64,000 nucleotides of DNA, from IMG/VR virus record IMGVR_UViG_3300041964_000148; one strand, given 5' to 3'. How positions within the stretch are numbered: position 1 is the first letter of the stretch; every line of letters starts with the position of its first letter. A program made the translations under genes and the position numbers. This DNA comes from a virus (Duplodnaviria; Caudoviricetes). Below are positions 36,754 to 47,029 of this stretch, piece by piece. Below the pieces are notes generated by a model, which was not told where the DNA came from, did no database searches, and saw only the letters and a list, made by a program, of their open reading frames with translations.

Positions 36754-38352
36754 TTAGAACTCGTAGATTGCTATTATTCTTCCCTGCTCGTCATAGTCGG
36801 CACAGTACTCCTCGTTTTCCTCAATAAACTTCTGAGCTTGGGTTTGGACAGATATATCAACTCGAAACACCGAGTCTTCCAGCGCTGCTTTTAATCGGTC
36901 GAGAACTGCCTCAGGTGAAGATGGTGGCGGAGCCTTGGGCAAAGTTCGCTTCCGAGCTAGCTCTGCTATCTGCTGGAATATTAGCTTTGAACCCGCAGCG
37001 GCGTGTTGTTGATCTTCCTCTGTTATTTGCTTTGGTTTCCACTCGTTATGATTTTCTACGCCTTGTGGCAGGACAGGGGTTTTTGTAATGTCTCGTCCTG
37101 ACAGTGTTTCGGATTTGGATACCCCTGTTTGAGGCATTGGTGATCGCACAGCTTCTAGATTGGTCTCTAGATACTCCTTCTCATCGTCAGGTACAACTCC
37201 ACCACTGGCTATACGCTGTGCAGCACTTTCATAGTGGTGGTTGAAGGTTAGAGAGTAGGTTCTCCACCTCAAAGAAATTTTGTCTGGTTCATTAAAGAAA
37301 TTACTAATGACAGCTTCTTCGGCATCATAAACGGACGAGTATGTCCACTTCTTCATCCACTCCTGAGCTTTCCATCTGACAAACTCACCCTTAAACTCGT
37401 TATTTCGATTTAGCCAGGGTGTCTCACCTTCACAGTACACAAGGTTAGGATGCACCTCGCGCCTTCGATCCTGCCTCCACTTTGTAGATTCAGAGACTTT
37501 TTTATCTGTTATCACAGCAGCGGCGGAATTTTTATCTTCACCAGGAGTTTCTATTGCTTGCAAAGGAATGACCTCAATTTGTGGATCTTTTGACAGGGTG
37601 TTGCTTGGAGTTTCTTCTTCCGGTTCCGGAATCTCAAATCCAAATTGCTTTTCTTTCGCAGCCCTAGGGTTATTGCCGATAGATCTTGGATTGGTTCCAA
37701 CAGCCCTAGGGTTATTACCGATAGCTCTTAAATTAGTTCCATCTTCTCTTTTTCCTGATTTACTTCCCCCTTCTTTTTTTTCCCCGCTTGCGGGGTTAGG
37801 GGGGTTGATCTGATGAATAGATCTAATTTCTGATCTATTCATAGATGATGGTCCACCCAGCGGATGCTCCATCATCTCCTGGGTGGATGGTCGATCATCC
37901 TCTGAGTGGATACTCTCATTTTCAGGATCATCCATTTTTGGCACTATCTGATTTCTCGACGTTACAGCCGTTTTAGAGGCATTCATGATTAACTCACCGA
38001 TTGTCTCTGGATTGGGTCTGTAAAACTTAGTTTGATTCCATTGACCCGATAAAAACTGACCCGATATCAAGTAACCCTTATCTTCAATATTTAAAAGTAG
38101 CCGTTGAAGTTTGCGGGGGTTCCCCAAGCACGGATACATCTCACTCCACTCTTGGTAAGTGGCAGCAGTCCACCACTCGTCATCGTGGTAGTACTTTTCC
38201 CTGCCAGTGATCGCATTGTTTTGACACCAATCTTCTATGATTTCAAGTAGCAAAGCCTCAAGTACTCCAATTTGGTTCGCCATTCCCCACACCAGCTTGG
38301 TAAAAGGAAGACGATGGAGGGACTTGTAGGCAGCTACAGCAGCCGTAGTCAT
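36754..38352 (-). CDS. Putative phage replication initiator
   Basis: N-terminal wHTH-like region (W...TY.EW....P.....R.L..L...GYL...TKFYR) followed by a low-complexity, repeat-bearing linker. Confidence 0.55.
   Translation of the reverse strand: MTTAAVAAYKSLHRLPFTKLVWGMANQIGVLEALLLEIIEDWCQNNAITGREKYYHDDEWWTAATYQEWSEMYPCLGNPRKLQRLLLNIEDKGYLISGQFLSGQWNQTKFYRPNPETIGELIMNASKTAVTSRNQIVPKMDDPENESIHSEDDRPSTQEMMEHPLGGPSSMNRSEIRSIHQINPPNPASGEKKEGGSKSGKREDGTNLRAIGNNPRAVGTNPRSIGNNPRAAKEKQFGFEIPEPEEETPSNTLSKDPQIEVIPLQAIETPGEDKNSAAAVITDKKVSESTKWRQDRRREVHPNLVYCEGETPWLNRNNEFKGEFVRWKAQEWMKKWTYSSVYDAEEAVISNFFNEPDKISLRWRTYSLTFNHHYESAAQRIASGGVVPDDEKEYLETNLEAVRSPMPQTGVSKSETLSGRDITKTPVLPQGVENHNEWKPKQITEEDQQHAAAGSKLIFQQIAELARKRTLPKAPPPSSPEAVLDRLKAALEDSVFRVDISVQTQAQKFIEENEEYCADYDEQGRIIAIYEF
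37659..37742. repeat. Tandem 21-bp units (ABAB, 2 x 42 bp) encoding G(T/N)N(P/L)R repeats
   Basis: CAGCCCTAGGGTTATT(G/A)CCGA / TAG(A/C)TCTT..ATT.GTTCCA. Confidence 0.8.
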
Positions 38353-38405
38353 GAATTCTCCTTGTTATATCGTCTGGTTTTGTAGGTACTTTGATGAATG
38401 ATGTA

Positions 38406-39044
38406 TTACAACAATTCCTTTTGCATGACAAGTAAAACAAATGCCTCTATTAGCCCAAGGACGTAATAGTAAATTTCCTCAAATACGGCTTCCTCAAAAC
38501 CGTAAAGATAAAAAGAGGATTTAACTCTTTCTGGTACCACGCTTGTAAGAAAAGGATACGCTTGCTCTAGCTGCCCCCTTTCTGTCACTACACCATAAGC
38601 CCTTGAGATTAGGTCGTGGAACCCAGAAAGGTGGGCTTCGGTAAATTTGTGATCAATTGGATCTCCTGCGTGATCTGTCAGTAGGTTTTTAAGGAATTCC
38701 TTGAACCAGCCTTCGATAACTGCCATATTGACCACTGATCCAACGCAAAATGCGGCGAGATTGGCTTTCCTCTCTTCTTCATTAAATTCAAACCAATCGC
38801 CACGAACCCGATATTCTTTTAAAAGCCTATGCCAGTATGTCTCGTCAGATGGGGCGTCCACTGTCCAAAACGAATCGATAATTTTCAGTGGATAGGGCGA
38901 TTGATTTTGTAAAGTCTGGTGTCTCGCTATAGGTTTAACGCTGCGCCCAATCTTGTAGCGATTGGTTCCAACTGCGTGAATCAAATAAACCCAGCCTTCA
39001 CGTCCTACTGAAATATCCTCTAGTCTTATTATTTTGCCCATCAC
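38406..39044 (-). CDS. GIY-YIG / T5orf172 (MUG113-like) domain protein
   Basis: GWVYLI...YKIGRS..P..R...LQ..SP...E...H......RGDWF. Confidence 0.75.
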   Translation of the reverse strand: MMGKIIRLEDISVGREGWVYLIHAVGTNRYKIGRSVKPIARHQTLQNQSPYPLKIIDSFWTVDAPSDETYWHRLLKEYRVRGDWFEFNEEERKANLAAFCVGSVVNMAVIEGWFKEFLKNLLTDHAGDPIDHKFTEAHLSGFHDLISRAYGVVTERGQLEQAYPFLTSVVPERVKSSFYLYGFEEAVFEEIYYYVLGLIEAFVLLVMQKELL

Positions 39045-39096
39045 AAAACCTCTTTGGCGATCGCCAGTGTAATTGCATCAATAGGATCGTCAATAT

Positions 39097-39291
39097 TCAT
39101 CCTTTACCTCCTGACACGTCTTCTGCCTGCACATTGATCGCCGTGCAGTGTTTATGGGACTTGCTAAACTCCTTGCTCATAGCTAACCAGAGTTCTAGAG
39201 GCACTGGAGTGTTGGGCTGATAATGCCCGCCACATCGCTTGCACCTAAAGTCTAAATTTGGGGTTGTGACAACCCAATCTTGTTTACTCAT
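39097..39291 (-). CDS. Small Cys/His protein
   Basis: CKRCG...HKHC; ATGA-coupled. Confidence 0.5.
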   Translation of the reverse strand: MSKQDWVVTTPNLDFRCKRCGGHYQPNTPVPLELWLAMSKEFSKSHKHCTAINVQAEDVSGGKG

Positions 39292-39596
39292 CCTTCTCCC
39301 TCTGCATCCACTGCATTTAATCGAGCATCCAACTCTTCCTGGCTCTTGATGTCCCCAAGCAACTCTGTGCTGTTAACATCAATGCCTATTCTGGTGAGAT
39401 GCTCTGTGAACAGTTGTTGCACTTCCGGCTCACAGTGCGCCATCGCATCTACCCATGTTGGGCTTCGCTTGTTAGCGTTGGCAAATGTGAATCGGTAGTA
39501 GAATGAGGTCGCATCGTGCGGGGACTCAGGAGAATGCTCGACCGCACAAATTCTGCATTTATTTGGGGCAGGAGGTACTACTTGCCAGTCGGTCAT
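39288..39596 (-). CDS. Hypothetical phage protein
   Basis: C..CA..H....PH...S.YY...PTW.DA.AHC; AGGAGG SD. Confidence 0.6.
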   Translation of the reverse strand: MTDWQVVPPAPNKCRICAVEHSPESPHDATSFYYRFTFANANKRSPTWVDAMAHCEPEVQQLFTEHLTRIGIDVNSTELLGDIKSQEELDARLNAVDAEGEG

Positions 39597-40391
39597 GCCA
39601 AACCTCCTACAGCGATTTGCTGCAAGTAGATATCTTGGATCATTTTGCTATTCCTTTTAGTGCAAACTTTTTTCCGCATACTGGGGCGGAAGTAGAGTTC
39701 TAAAATTAAGAACTTCATTGGAACAAATCTGAATACTTGTCGGCAAGGCAAAAAATGCCCTATAATACTTTCCATAGCGCTCCGCTTATCGCAATTAAGT
39801 GGACTTAACTCGCTTCCTGAAAGGCCTCTTTAGATGGTCAGATCTAAAGCCCCGCCTGGGAGCGAATCTTTTCAAAAATGATAGCACATTCTTTGTGTGT
39901 GGATTTATGCAAGCAAGAAGGCTTCGCTCTTGCATACCTGCCCAAAAAACTGTACTATTAAATACTGAAGGCACTAATGCGCCTCGAAGAAAAAGCATAT
40001 ATTAATCCTTAGATGCAGACACCCCTCGGTGTCTTTTTTTTGTTTATATAGGAATTTTAGGCTTACCTCGGAAAATGGGCAACCCTTTTTTAACTATGCC
40101 CACGCGATCGCTTGGGGTTACAGTACCGCGTTACAATCTTCGTCTAACATTTCATTCGATATGGGGGTGATAGGTAGAATTATGTGTTTGCAGAAACTTG
40201 GTTAAGTACAGTTCTGGCGATTGTCACTAAAGGCAAAAAAACTCTGAAGACGTTACAGGATTAGGGTTTTGGCGGCTGGCAGTTTGAGGTAAAAGTAATT
40301 GACCACCCAACTCTCGCCTTTATTTATGCGATCGCACTTCACCTGGGTTGATGTTACAATCCGGGAAGTCTTGTGAAAAATTTATCGCATT

Positions 40392-41237
40392 ATGCAAACC
40401 AAAAAGAATTCCTCAGCGGCAGACCGCAAGGATGTTGCCTTGCTCTTTACGTCGGATTTAATCGAAGCCCTTCTCAAAGGAACGAAAACCCAGACCCGCA
40501 GAATAATCAATCCTCAGCCTGTCCTAGAAGACGGGATTTGGATGTGGAAGCGAAAAGGTGAAACCCCCATTCCGTTAGTGAATCAATCCTTGTCCATGCT
40601 GGCAGAAAGTCGGTATCAGGTAGGTGATCGCCTCTACGCTAAGGAGTCGATGTATCTCGACAAGGACGATCTCGGCGAGGGCGACTGTTGGTATTACGAT
40701 TTAGATAAGAAGAAAGTTATGGTTTCGCGGGAAGACGAAGGAGCCATGCTTGCCTGGGCGCACCATAAGCAGACGACTACTCAAAGCGCTCTATTCATGC
40801 CGCGATGGGCAGCCCGAACTTGGAGGGAGATTGCAGAAGTTAGCGTTCAGCGTATAGGTGATATCAGCGAGGAAGATGCGATCGCCGAAGGGATTGTCCC
40901 ACTGATATACAGGGCTTCAGCCGAAGGACACTATGTTCGCTACTATCATTACGAGTATCAGACGTACCATACAACCTACGACGGGGACGGGGCGCGGCAA
41001 AGCTTCCGAACACTCTGGAACCAAATCAACGGAAAATGGACAGCCATTCGGAAGAACATGGACGGCGGCGAAACCAAAAAAAAGGAGTTGTCGCATTATA
41101 TTTCGTACCCTTGGAATGAGGAGGATATTAAGGACAAACCCGATGTTCGTAACAAAAATATCCCTTTTCTCGCTTGCCCGAACCCTTGGGTCTGGGCGAT
41201 AAAATTCACCACGGTTCTCCGTGACGAAGGAAAATAA
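40392..41237 (+). CDS. ASCH/PUA-like phage protein
   Basis: L.G.KTQTRR, GDRLY.KE, FMPRWAAR, DA.AEG, NPWVW. Confidence 0.7.
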   Translation: MQTKKNSSAADRKDVALLFTSDLIEALLKGTKTQTRRIINPQPVLEDGIWMWKRKGETPIPLVNQSLSMLAESRYQVGDRLYAKESMYLDKDDLGEGDCWYYDLDKKKVMVSREDEGAMLAWAHHKQTTTQSALFMPRWAARTWREIAEVSVQRIGDISEEDAIAEGIVPLIYRASAEGHYVRYYHYEYQTYHTTYDGDGARQSFRTLWNQINGKWTAIRKNMDGGETKKKELSHYISYPWNEEDIKDKPDVRNKNIPFLACPNPWVWAIKFTTVLRDEGK

Positions 41238-42622
41238 TGATTTTCGCATCTCTTTTCTCTGGGTTTGGATTGGCAGATATCGGAGCCAAATTGGCAGGTT
41301 GCGAATTGGCTTGGGGGATCGAATTGGATGAGGCGATCGCAGAAATTTCTCGCCAACTAGGACACCGAGTCCTGTGCCAGTCCGTAACCGAAACTGATTT
41401 TAGTAAGCTGGAAAAGCCCGACATTCTTTGGGTTTCCCCACCGTGCCCAAATTTTTCTGTGGCAAAGCAGGGCGCTAAAGAAACTGCCCTCGACATTGAG
41501 CTAGCTAATGCTGTAGTTAATGCGATTTCAATCCTAGAGCCGAAATATTTCATCTTGGAAAATGTCGAGGCGTACAAGCGAAGCAAATCCTTGAGAATCA
41601 TTGAGGACAAGCTTTACAGCCTTGGCTACTGGATTGATCGGCAGGTATTTAATTCTGCTGATTTTGGGGTTCCTCAAACTCGCAGACGTTTAATTGTCCG
41701 TGCGGTTAGGCATGGCTTCGTTCCGCAAATGCCCCAAGCGCAAAGCTGGTTAGGCTGGTATCAAGCTATAGAAGACCTTTTGCCAGATCTCCCAGAAACA
41801 ACGCTTGCAAAATGGCAAAGGGATAGGCTGGGGGCTGCTTTTGAAAAAGGACAGGATATTGATGGGGACTTGTGGATCGGTGGCTCAAACTGCTCGGAAA
41901 GTTTCTTGCAGTTTGCCATAGATAATCGCCCAACTATCCCTGGGATAAGGAAAAGGGGGCAGCCGTTGCCTACAATTCCTGCCGATGTCGCCACCAATAG
42001 TAAGGCTAGAGCAATTCTAGTTCCTGGAGGAAATGCAAGTAGTTTTCCTATCCGTGCAGACCACCAACCGGCTGCAACCGTCGGAGATACACATCGGACG
42101 GGGAATAGACCAAAAGCTGTCCTTGTCTGTGGTATTGGAAACAGAGGAGAATCTTTGTCAACCCGACAAGACGAGGAGCCAGCTCTCACTGTTACAGGTG
42201 GGCATCAAGCTCTAAGAGCTATGCTCATCCAATCCAAAAACCCCAATCAGGAGTATGGGAACGGAATAAGGGAAGGTGGAGAACCTGCCCAGACTGTAAT
42301 CACAGATGGCAAACCTAGTCACCAATTAAAGGCGGTACTGATCGATGTCAGCAATATAATTCGTGATTGTACTGTCCGACAGATGGATGAGCCATCGTTT
42401 ACCATTACAGCCGAAAAGATGCGTCGCCCAATTTCAACCCCAAAGGCGATTCTGGAATCGGCAAGAATTGTGCAAATGAGTTCTCGCTGTCTGGCACGGT
42501 TTCAAACCTTGCCGGATTGGTACGAACTTCCCGTTAAAAATGCTTTAGCTTGCAAGGGGATTGGGAATGGAGTCCCTTGTAATATGTCCGAACAAATCGT
42601 GCGATCGCTAATAGGAAGTTAA
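41237..42622 (+). CDS. C5-cytosine DNA methyltransferase with repeated TRD-like units
   Basis: SLFSGFG, SPPCPNFS, ENV, QTRRR, ARFQTLPD, IGNGVP. Confidence 0.88.
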   Translation: MIFASLFSGFGLADIGAKLAGCELAWGIELDEAIAEISRQLGHRVLCQSVTETDFSKLEKPDILWVSPPCPNFSVAKQGAKETALDIELANAVVNAISILEPKYFILENVEAYKRSKSLRIIEDKLYSLGYWIDRQVFNSADFGVPQTRRRLIVRAVRHGFVPQMPQAQSWLGWYQAIEDLLPDLPETTLAKWQRDRLGAAFEKGQDIDGDLWIGGSNCSESFLQFAIDNRPTIPGIRKRGQPLPTIPADVATNSKARAILVPGGNASSFPIRADHQPAATVGDTHRTGNRPKAVLVCGIGNRGESLSTRQDEEPALTVTGGHQALRAMLIQSKNPNQEYGNGIREGGEPAQTVITDGKPSHQLKAVLIDVSNIIRDCTVRQMDEPSFTITAEKMRRPISTPKAILESARIVQMSSRCLARFQTLPDWYELPVKNALACKGIGNGVPCNMSEQIVRSLIGS

Positions 42623-42624
42623 AA

Positions 42625-43587
42625 ATGAGCAAAACCTCGATTCAATGGACTGGTAGATCTTGGGGTTATCAGCAGGGCTGCTCTCCAAAGAGTCCCGGTT
42701 GCCCCAACTGCTACGCCGAAAAGATTGCCAAGCGATTGGCGAAGAATCCCAATGTCCCCCAGTATACGGATGAAATTGCCCTTTGGAACGGTGTCATGAA
42801 TCTCCATATCCCCGGACTTGTGGAGCCGCTGCTACAGAGAAAAGGGACGACATGGTTTCCGAGTATGACTGATCCTTTCCACCCAAACGTACACAACGAA
42901 TGGATTGGACTGGCAATTTTAGTAGCAGCACTTTGCCCACAACATCGATTTTTGATGTTAACTAAGCGCCCAGAGGGAATCTTGGAGTGGCTTAATTCAT
43001 CTGTTTGTGACGAATTCAGCCAATCTGGAGGAGCCTTTGCTGCATTGGCGCTGCACTGGATGTCTCAATGTGGGCTAGAAGATTGGTGGGATTTACTTGA
43101 GGATGCAATCTCTCGGTATCCGCGTACAGACACCTATGAGAACTTCCCCATCCCCAATACCTGGCTCGGTGCATCAGTTGAAGACCAAAAAAGAGCTGAC
43201 GAGCGGATGCCACTGATGCACGAACTTAAGAAAAAGGGCTGGCACACGTTTATTTCGGCGGAACCCCTCTTGGAGAAGGTGGATTTGCACCTCGACAAGT
43301 ACCCAGTTGACTGGGTAATCATTGGCGGCGAATCTGGCAACAAATCGCGAACTTTTAATCTTAACTGGGGGCGATCGCTTATTCAACAATGCCAGGATAA
43401 TGGAATTGATGTGTTTTTCAAGCAGATGGGGGGCAATGCCACCGATTCTGTTCCCTACATACCAGGAACTTTAGCAGAGTCAGTGAGCTGGCAAGTAGAA
43501 TTTAAAGATAAAAAGGGAGGGACACTGGAGGAATGGCCGAGAGAGTTTCAGATTCGGGAAGTTCCGAAGATTCTACAGATAGCGTAG
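42625..43587 (+). CDS. DUF5131 / Gp37Gp68 radical-SAM-like protein
   Basis: IQWT, GC...SPGC.NCYA, LTKRP, SAEPLL, WVIIGGESG, FFKQ. Confidence 0.85.
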   Translation: MSKTSIQWTGRSWGYQQGCSPKSPGCPNCYAEKIAKRLAKNPNVPQYTDEIALWNGVMNLHIPGLVEPLLQRKGTTWFPSMTDPFHPNVHNEWIGLAILVAALCPQHRFLMLTKRPEGILEWLNSSVCDEFSQSGGAFAALALHWMSQCGLEDWWDLLEDAISRYPRTDTYENFPIPNTWLGASVEDQKRADERMPLMHELKKKGWHTFISAEPLLEKVDLHLDKYPVDWVIIGGESGNKSRTFNLNWGRSLIQQCQDNGIDVFFKQMGGNATDSVPYIPGTLAESVSWQVEFKDKKGGTLEEWPREFQIREVPKILQIA

Positions 43588-43844
43588 TGCATCGCTGCCA
43601 CGCCAAAGGTTGTAAGCGTCCGATCGCGGCAAGGTTCCTAATGTGTTACAAACACTGGGGCATGGTTCCTTTGGCTTTGCAATGTCAGATTTATGCTGCT
43701 TATAGACCGGGACAAGAGGTTGACAAGCAGCCATCTAAAAAATACTTAGGCGCGATAAAAAAGGCGATCACTGAAGTTGCTCGACGAGAAAATCCCAGAT
43801 CTTATTTCCCCAAGCAATCAAAGGCAAAGGTGGTAGATGGCTGA
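43587..43844 (+). CDS. Small Cys/His phage protein
   Basis: H.CHA.GC...MC..HW; GTG overlaps the previous stop. Confidence 0.55.
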   Translation: MHRCHAKGCKRPIAARFLMCYKHWGMVPLALQCQIYAAYRPGQEVDKQPSKKYLGAIKKAITEVARRENPRSYFPKQSKAKVVDG

Positions 43845-44127
43845 TTATTTCGATTCGTTCGGGACACTTGCCCGCCGCATCTATTCATCCCCTGTTGTAA
43901 CCTATGGCGCTCCGATAGATCAGGGAAAAGTTGTCGCTAAGGCAATTTACGATGGCACCCTGCTTCCCAGCTTCATCCACGAAAACGGCGGTGATTATAA
44001 ACAGTATCCTCAATTTCTGGTTGATAATCGCATTGGCTCTGTGTTCGACGATTTAGAGGAAGGGCAGCAGGTTGTGGTGGGGCAAGGCAAGAGTAGCGAT
44101 CAGTTCTCTCAGCATTCGGAAGCCTGA
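43837..44127 (+). CDS. Hypothetical protein
   Basis: Overlaps previous stop; terminator 44148-44189. Confidence 0.5.
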   Translation: MADYFDSFGTLARRIYSSPVVTYGAPIDQGKVVAKAIYDGTLLPSFIHENGGDYKQYPQFLVDNRIGSVFDDLEEGQQVVVGQGKSSDQFSQHSEA

Positions 44128-44186
44128 GTTTTAAAGGGCTGTGGCACAAAAAAGAAGGGTCTGCGAAAAATGCAGACCCTTCTTTT

Positions 44187-44666
44187 TTATTTGGTGGGTT
44201 CAGGTACAGAGTCAATATCGGCATCAATAGTTTCATCTGTCTCGATCAATCGATACTGGTAATAAAGAGTTACTTTTGTTCGGTGGGGTTCAACATGGAT
44301 CAATTCGACCTGGTAGAAACGCCCGTTTACCCAAAAGAAGGAGTTTTCGTCTACATCCTTGGGGGAAAAGTTGATTGGAAATATGTAGGCACTTTCCTCA
44401 GAATCCTTAATGCTACCGGTGCCTTGATTGATGGCGATCGCACTCAACTTAGTAGTAATTGTCCATCCTTCAAGCTTGCGGCACGTCCATCCGTATACGG
44501 CTGCTGCCCCATATTCTGGTTGAGCTTTCTCGATTATCCCTTTTTTGCATATTCGGATATCGTCGCCCTTTTCGTTCTTGCAATCTATTAGGGCTTGGAG
44601 ATCAAACCAGGATTGTGATTGTTGGGCAAGCCAATTGTTCATAATAAGATCGGGAGTCCTACACAT
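44187..44666 (-). CDS. Hypothetical protein (possible head-tail connector)
   Basis: Beta-rich C-terminus; adjacent to tail-completion-like gene. Confidence 0.45.
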   Translation of the reverse strand: MCRTPDLIMNNWLAQQSQSWFDLQALIDCKNEKGDDIRICKKGIIEKAQPEYGAAAVYGWTCRKLEGWTITTKLSAIAINQGTGSIKDSEESAYIFPINFSPKDVDENSFFWVNGRFYQVELIHVEPHRTKVTLYYQYRLIETDETIDADIDSVPEPTK

Positions 44667-44675
44667 TAGTCGCTT

Positions 44676-45212
44676 GTGCCTAAAATTAGTCTAACCGTCC
44701 AACGCAATAACTACCCCCTACTTCGCACCCACATCACAGAAATTGAGAAAGAAGTGCCACGGCTGGGGCAGAGGTGGGCAAGGGAATCGGCACAGTTTTT
44801 TGACGACACCTATCGCGATCGCTTGGCAAGTCAAGGTAGAGGTGGGCAGCCTCCGCCTTTGAGTTCGGTCACACGACATCTCTACCGACGGCTGGGAGAA
44901 CCCAATGGTAGTGGCATCCGCAACCATATAGAACTGACTTACAATCAGCAGGAGAATACTTTTACAGCTACGTTGGGCATCCCCCAGGGGCGTCCTACTA
45001 TCGTCGCCAAAGTCCAAGATCAAGGAGCCACAATCCGCGTCACGCCACGGATGCGTGGTTTTTTAGCTGTTCATGGAGTTTTCCTGAAGGCGACGACGAC
45101 CCATATCCAAATCCCAGCGCGGCATTCTTGGGAGTATTCCTTGCGGGATGCCAAGGAAGAAGCTAAACGTAAGCTTAAAAACTTTTGGATTGACCTACAA
45201 CGCCAGGTGTAG
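44676..45212 (+). CDS. Putative virion morphogenesis / tail completion protein
   Basis: PPLS..T, Q..GATI.VTP.MR.FL...G..L...T..I.IPAR. Confidence 0.6.
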   Translation: MPKISLTVQRNNYPLLRTHITEIEKEVPRLGQRWARESAQFFDDTYRDRLASQGRGGQPPPLSSVTRHLYRRLGEPNGSGIRNHIELTYNQQENTFTATLGIPQGRPTIVAKVQDQGATIRVTPRMRGFLAVHGVFLKATTTHIQIPARHSWEYSLRDAKEEAKRKLKNFWIDLQRQV

Positions 45213-45219
45213 GCACAAA

Positions 45220-45251
45220 AAAACTCATCACGGTTCTCCGTGATGAGTTTT
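45220..45251. terminator. Bidirectional terminator built on the dispersed palindrome
   Basis: AAAACTCATCACGG-TTCT-CCGTGATGAGTTTT between convergent genes. Confidence 0.7.
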
Positions 45252-45285
45252 ATTCAGAAAGCTGTTGGCATCAAATTACAGGATT

Positions 45286-45630
45286 CTATTCTTCCCAGAT
45301 TGGCTTCCAATGTCCTGGGCATGGATTTTCCCCTGGTTCTATGTAGCCACAGAATAGAGCTGGATCTTCATCCTGATGATCCTCATCCCCAACGAATTCA
45401 ACCTCTGCTGCGGGCGTAGGGATATGACAGCCCGAAGTTAAAACAAGCCCAATAATGGCATTGCTTCTTTCCTGTTTCATCCAATCTTCTGCATCCCAGT
45501 CCCGCACTAGCGCCCAAGCAACTAGTGGAACTTTAAATAAGGTCTTATCTTCTTGGTGTTGAAACACGGCGCACCATCCGTTGGCGGATGTAATAGAAAG
45601 AATATCCTGAGAATTCAGTGATGGAGGCAT
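45286..45630 (-). CDS. Hypothetical protein
   Basis: TAAAGCAAGATC leader; PLVAWALV motif. Confidence 0.6.
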   Translation of the reverse strand: MPPSLNSQDILSITSANGWCAVFQHQEDKTLFKVPLVAWALVRDWDAEDWMKQERSNAIIGLVLTSGCHIPTPAAEVEFVGDEDHQDEDPALFCGYIEPGENPCPGHWKPIWEE

Positions 45631-45727
45631 GATCTTGCTTTAAATGAATTACTCCTATTTTAACGTAATTTAACATACAATAAAGCCCTCAACACGTAGC
45701 TGTGTTGAGGGCTTTATTGTGGGAAGG

Positions 45728-46525
45728 TTACTCTATAATTACTTCGTATCCAACGGCATCAGCGAGTTGCTGTGCCAAAGATGATTCATTTTGTGAGCTG
45801 ATCGTAGGCGTATATTCCCTTCGTAGTACGCTCTTCTGCTCGTCATTAATGTCGTGGCGGAAGTATGTCATACTGGCTTCTCCACGAAGCAGGATGTCTT
45901 CATAGAGACATCGGTAGACATAATCGTCATAGCTCCAGCCATACGCCCAGAAGCTGCCTTCATCCGTATTTTCGTCAGGATAAAAGACTCCATCTTCGGT
46001 CAATTGTTCGTAACAGTCAGTGTCAATCTCCCAGCCGTTCCCGACCAGATCTTCAAACAATTCGTAGGATGCATCAACTGGTAGCTTCTTAAAAAGGTCA
46101 TTGAGTTCCTCCAAAGCCGCTGGGGTTGGGTATATGGTGAGAGAGCGATCACATTCTAATACGATCGAAATATAGTGCCCCATCGCAATAGTTATTCTCT
46201 GTGGAATTGGAGTTGGCTCCAAAAATACATCAGGATCATCTGACCCAGTAAAATGCTGGAAGAGTAAGTACGCAGACATACTCATGGATGGTGGCAACTG
46301 TGATCTCTGCCATTCCTTTGCCGTAGTATCGCCTTCTCCTTTGCACCCTGATGGGAATGCAAGGATAGGGGTCTCTTCGGCTCTCCAACCAAACCCAAGA
46401 GGGTTGTACTGAGCAGTTAAGTACCCTTTTTCATTAATTGAAAGAGGGTTTTTCCAGAGATTGCTTTCCATGTTCCGCCAGCGGTAAAATCGACGGCGCA
46501 ACATTTGATCCAATTTATTTGGCAT
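45728..46525 (-). CDS. Hypothetical acidic protein
   Basis: TATAAT upstream, TAAAGCAAAATC leader, terminator 45680-45719. Confidence 0.65.
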   Translation of the reverse strand: MPNKLDQMLRRRFYRWRNMESNLWKNPLSINEKGYLTAQYNPLGFGWRAEETPILAFPSGCKGEGDTTAKEWQRSQLPPSMSMSAYLLFQHFTGSDDPDVFLEPTPIPQRITIAMGHYISIVLECDRSLTIYPTPAALEELNDLFKKLPVDASYELFEDLVGNGWEIDTDCYEQLTEDGVFYPDENTDEGSFWAYGWSYDDYVYRCLYEDILLRGEASMTYFRHDINDEQKSVLRREYTPTISSQNESSLAQQLADAVGYEVIIE

Positions 46526-46640
46526 GATTTTGCTTTAAAAGTGACTACTTTCATTATAACGTAATATGACGTACAAGCGGAAAGCCTCTACAGAGTTTTC
46601 TGTTGTGCAATAATAGTTTTACCCGCGTGTTACTGGGGTT

Positions 46641-46964
46641 ATGGTAAAACAAAATCGGTTGGACAATGGTACTTTTGCTCCTAAGTCATCTGAACGTAGA
46701 GAAGTTAGAACCTTGCGGGTGACTGATAAAACTTGGCAAGTTTTAGGTGGGATAGCCCAGTCAATGGATATCACTCGTGCTGACCTCTTTGAGGAACTAG
46801 TTGCTAGTGGGGCAATTGAACAATGGGGAAGTGTCAAAAATGAAATAGAACATCTTAAAAAGGAGCTTCAAGAACTAGCTGTTGAGAAGGAAAGCCTAAC
46901 TCGACAGATTACTACATTGCGAAATAAAAAAGTTGAGTATTTTCAGCCTAGATTGTTTGATTAA
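46641..46964 (+). CDS. RHH protein with coiled coil
   Basis: GTFAPKS..R.VRTLRVTD.TW; paralog of 3495-3830. Confidence 0.6.
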   Translation: MVKQNRLDNGTFAPKSSERREVRTLRVTDKTWQVLGGIAQSMDITRADLFEELVASGAIEQWGSVKNEIEHLKKELQELAVEKESLTRQITTLRNKKVEYFQPRLFD

Positions 46965-47029
46965 ATACACGAATAAGCGGGTGCAAAGAAAAAAACCAGT
47001 TGTATTGCAAGCTATGATCTACAAAAAAT

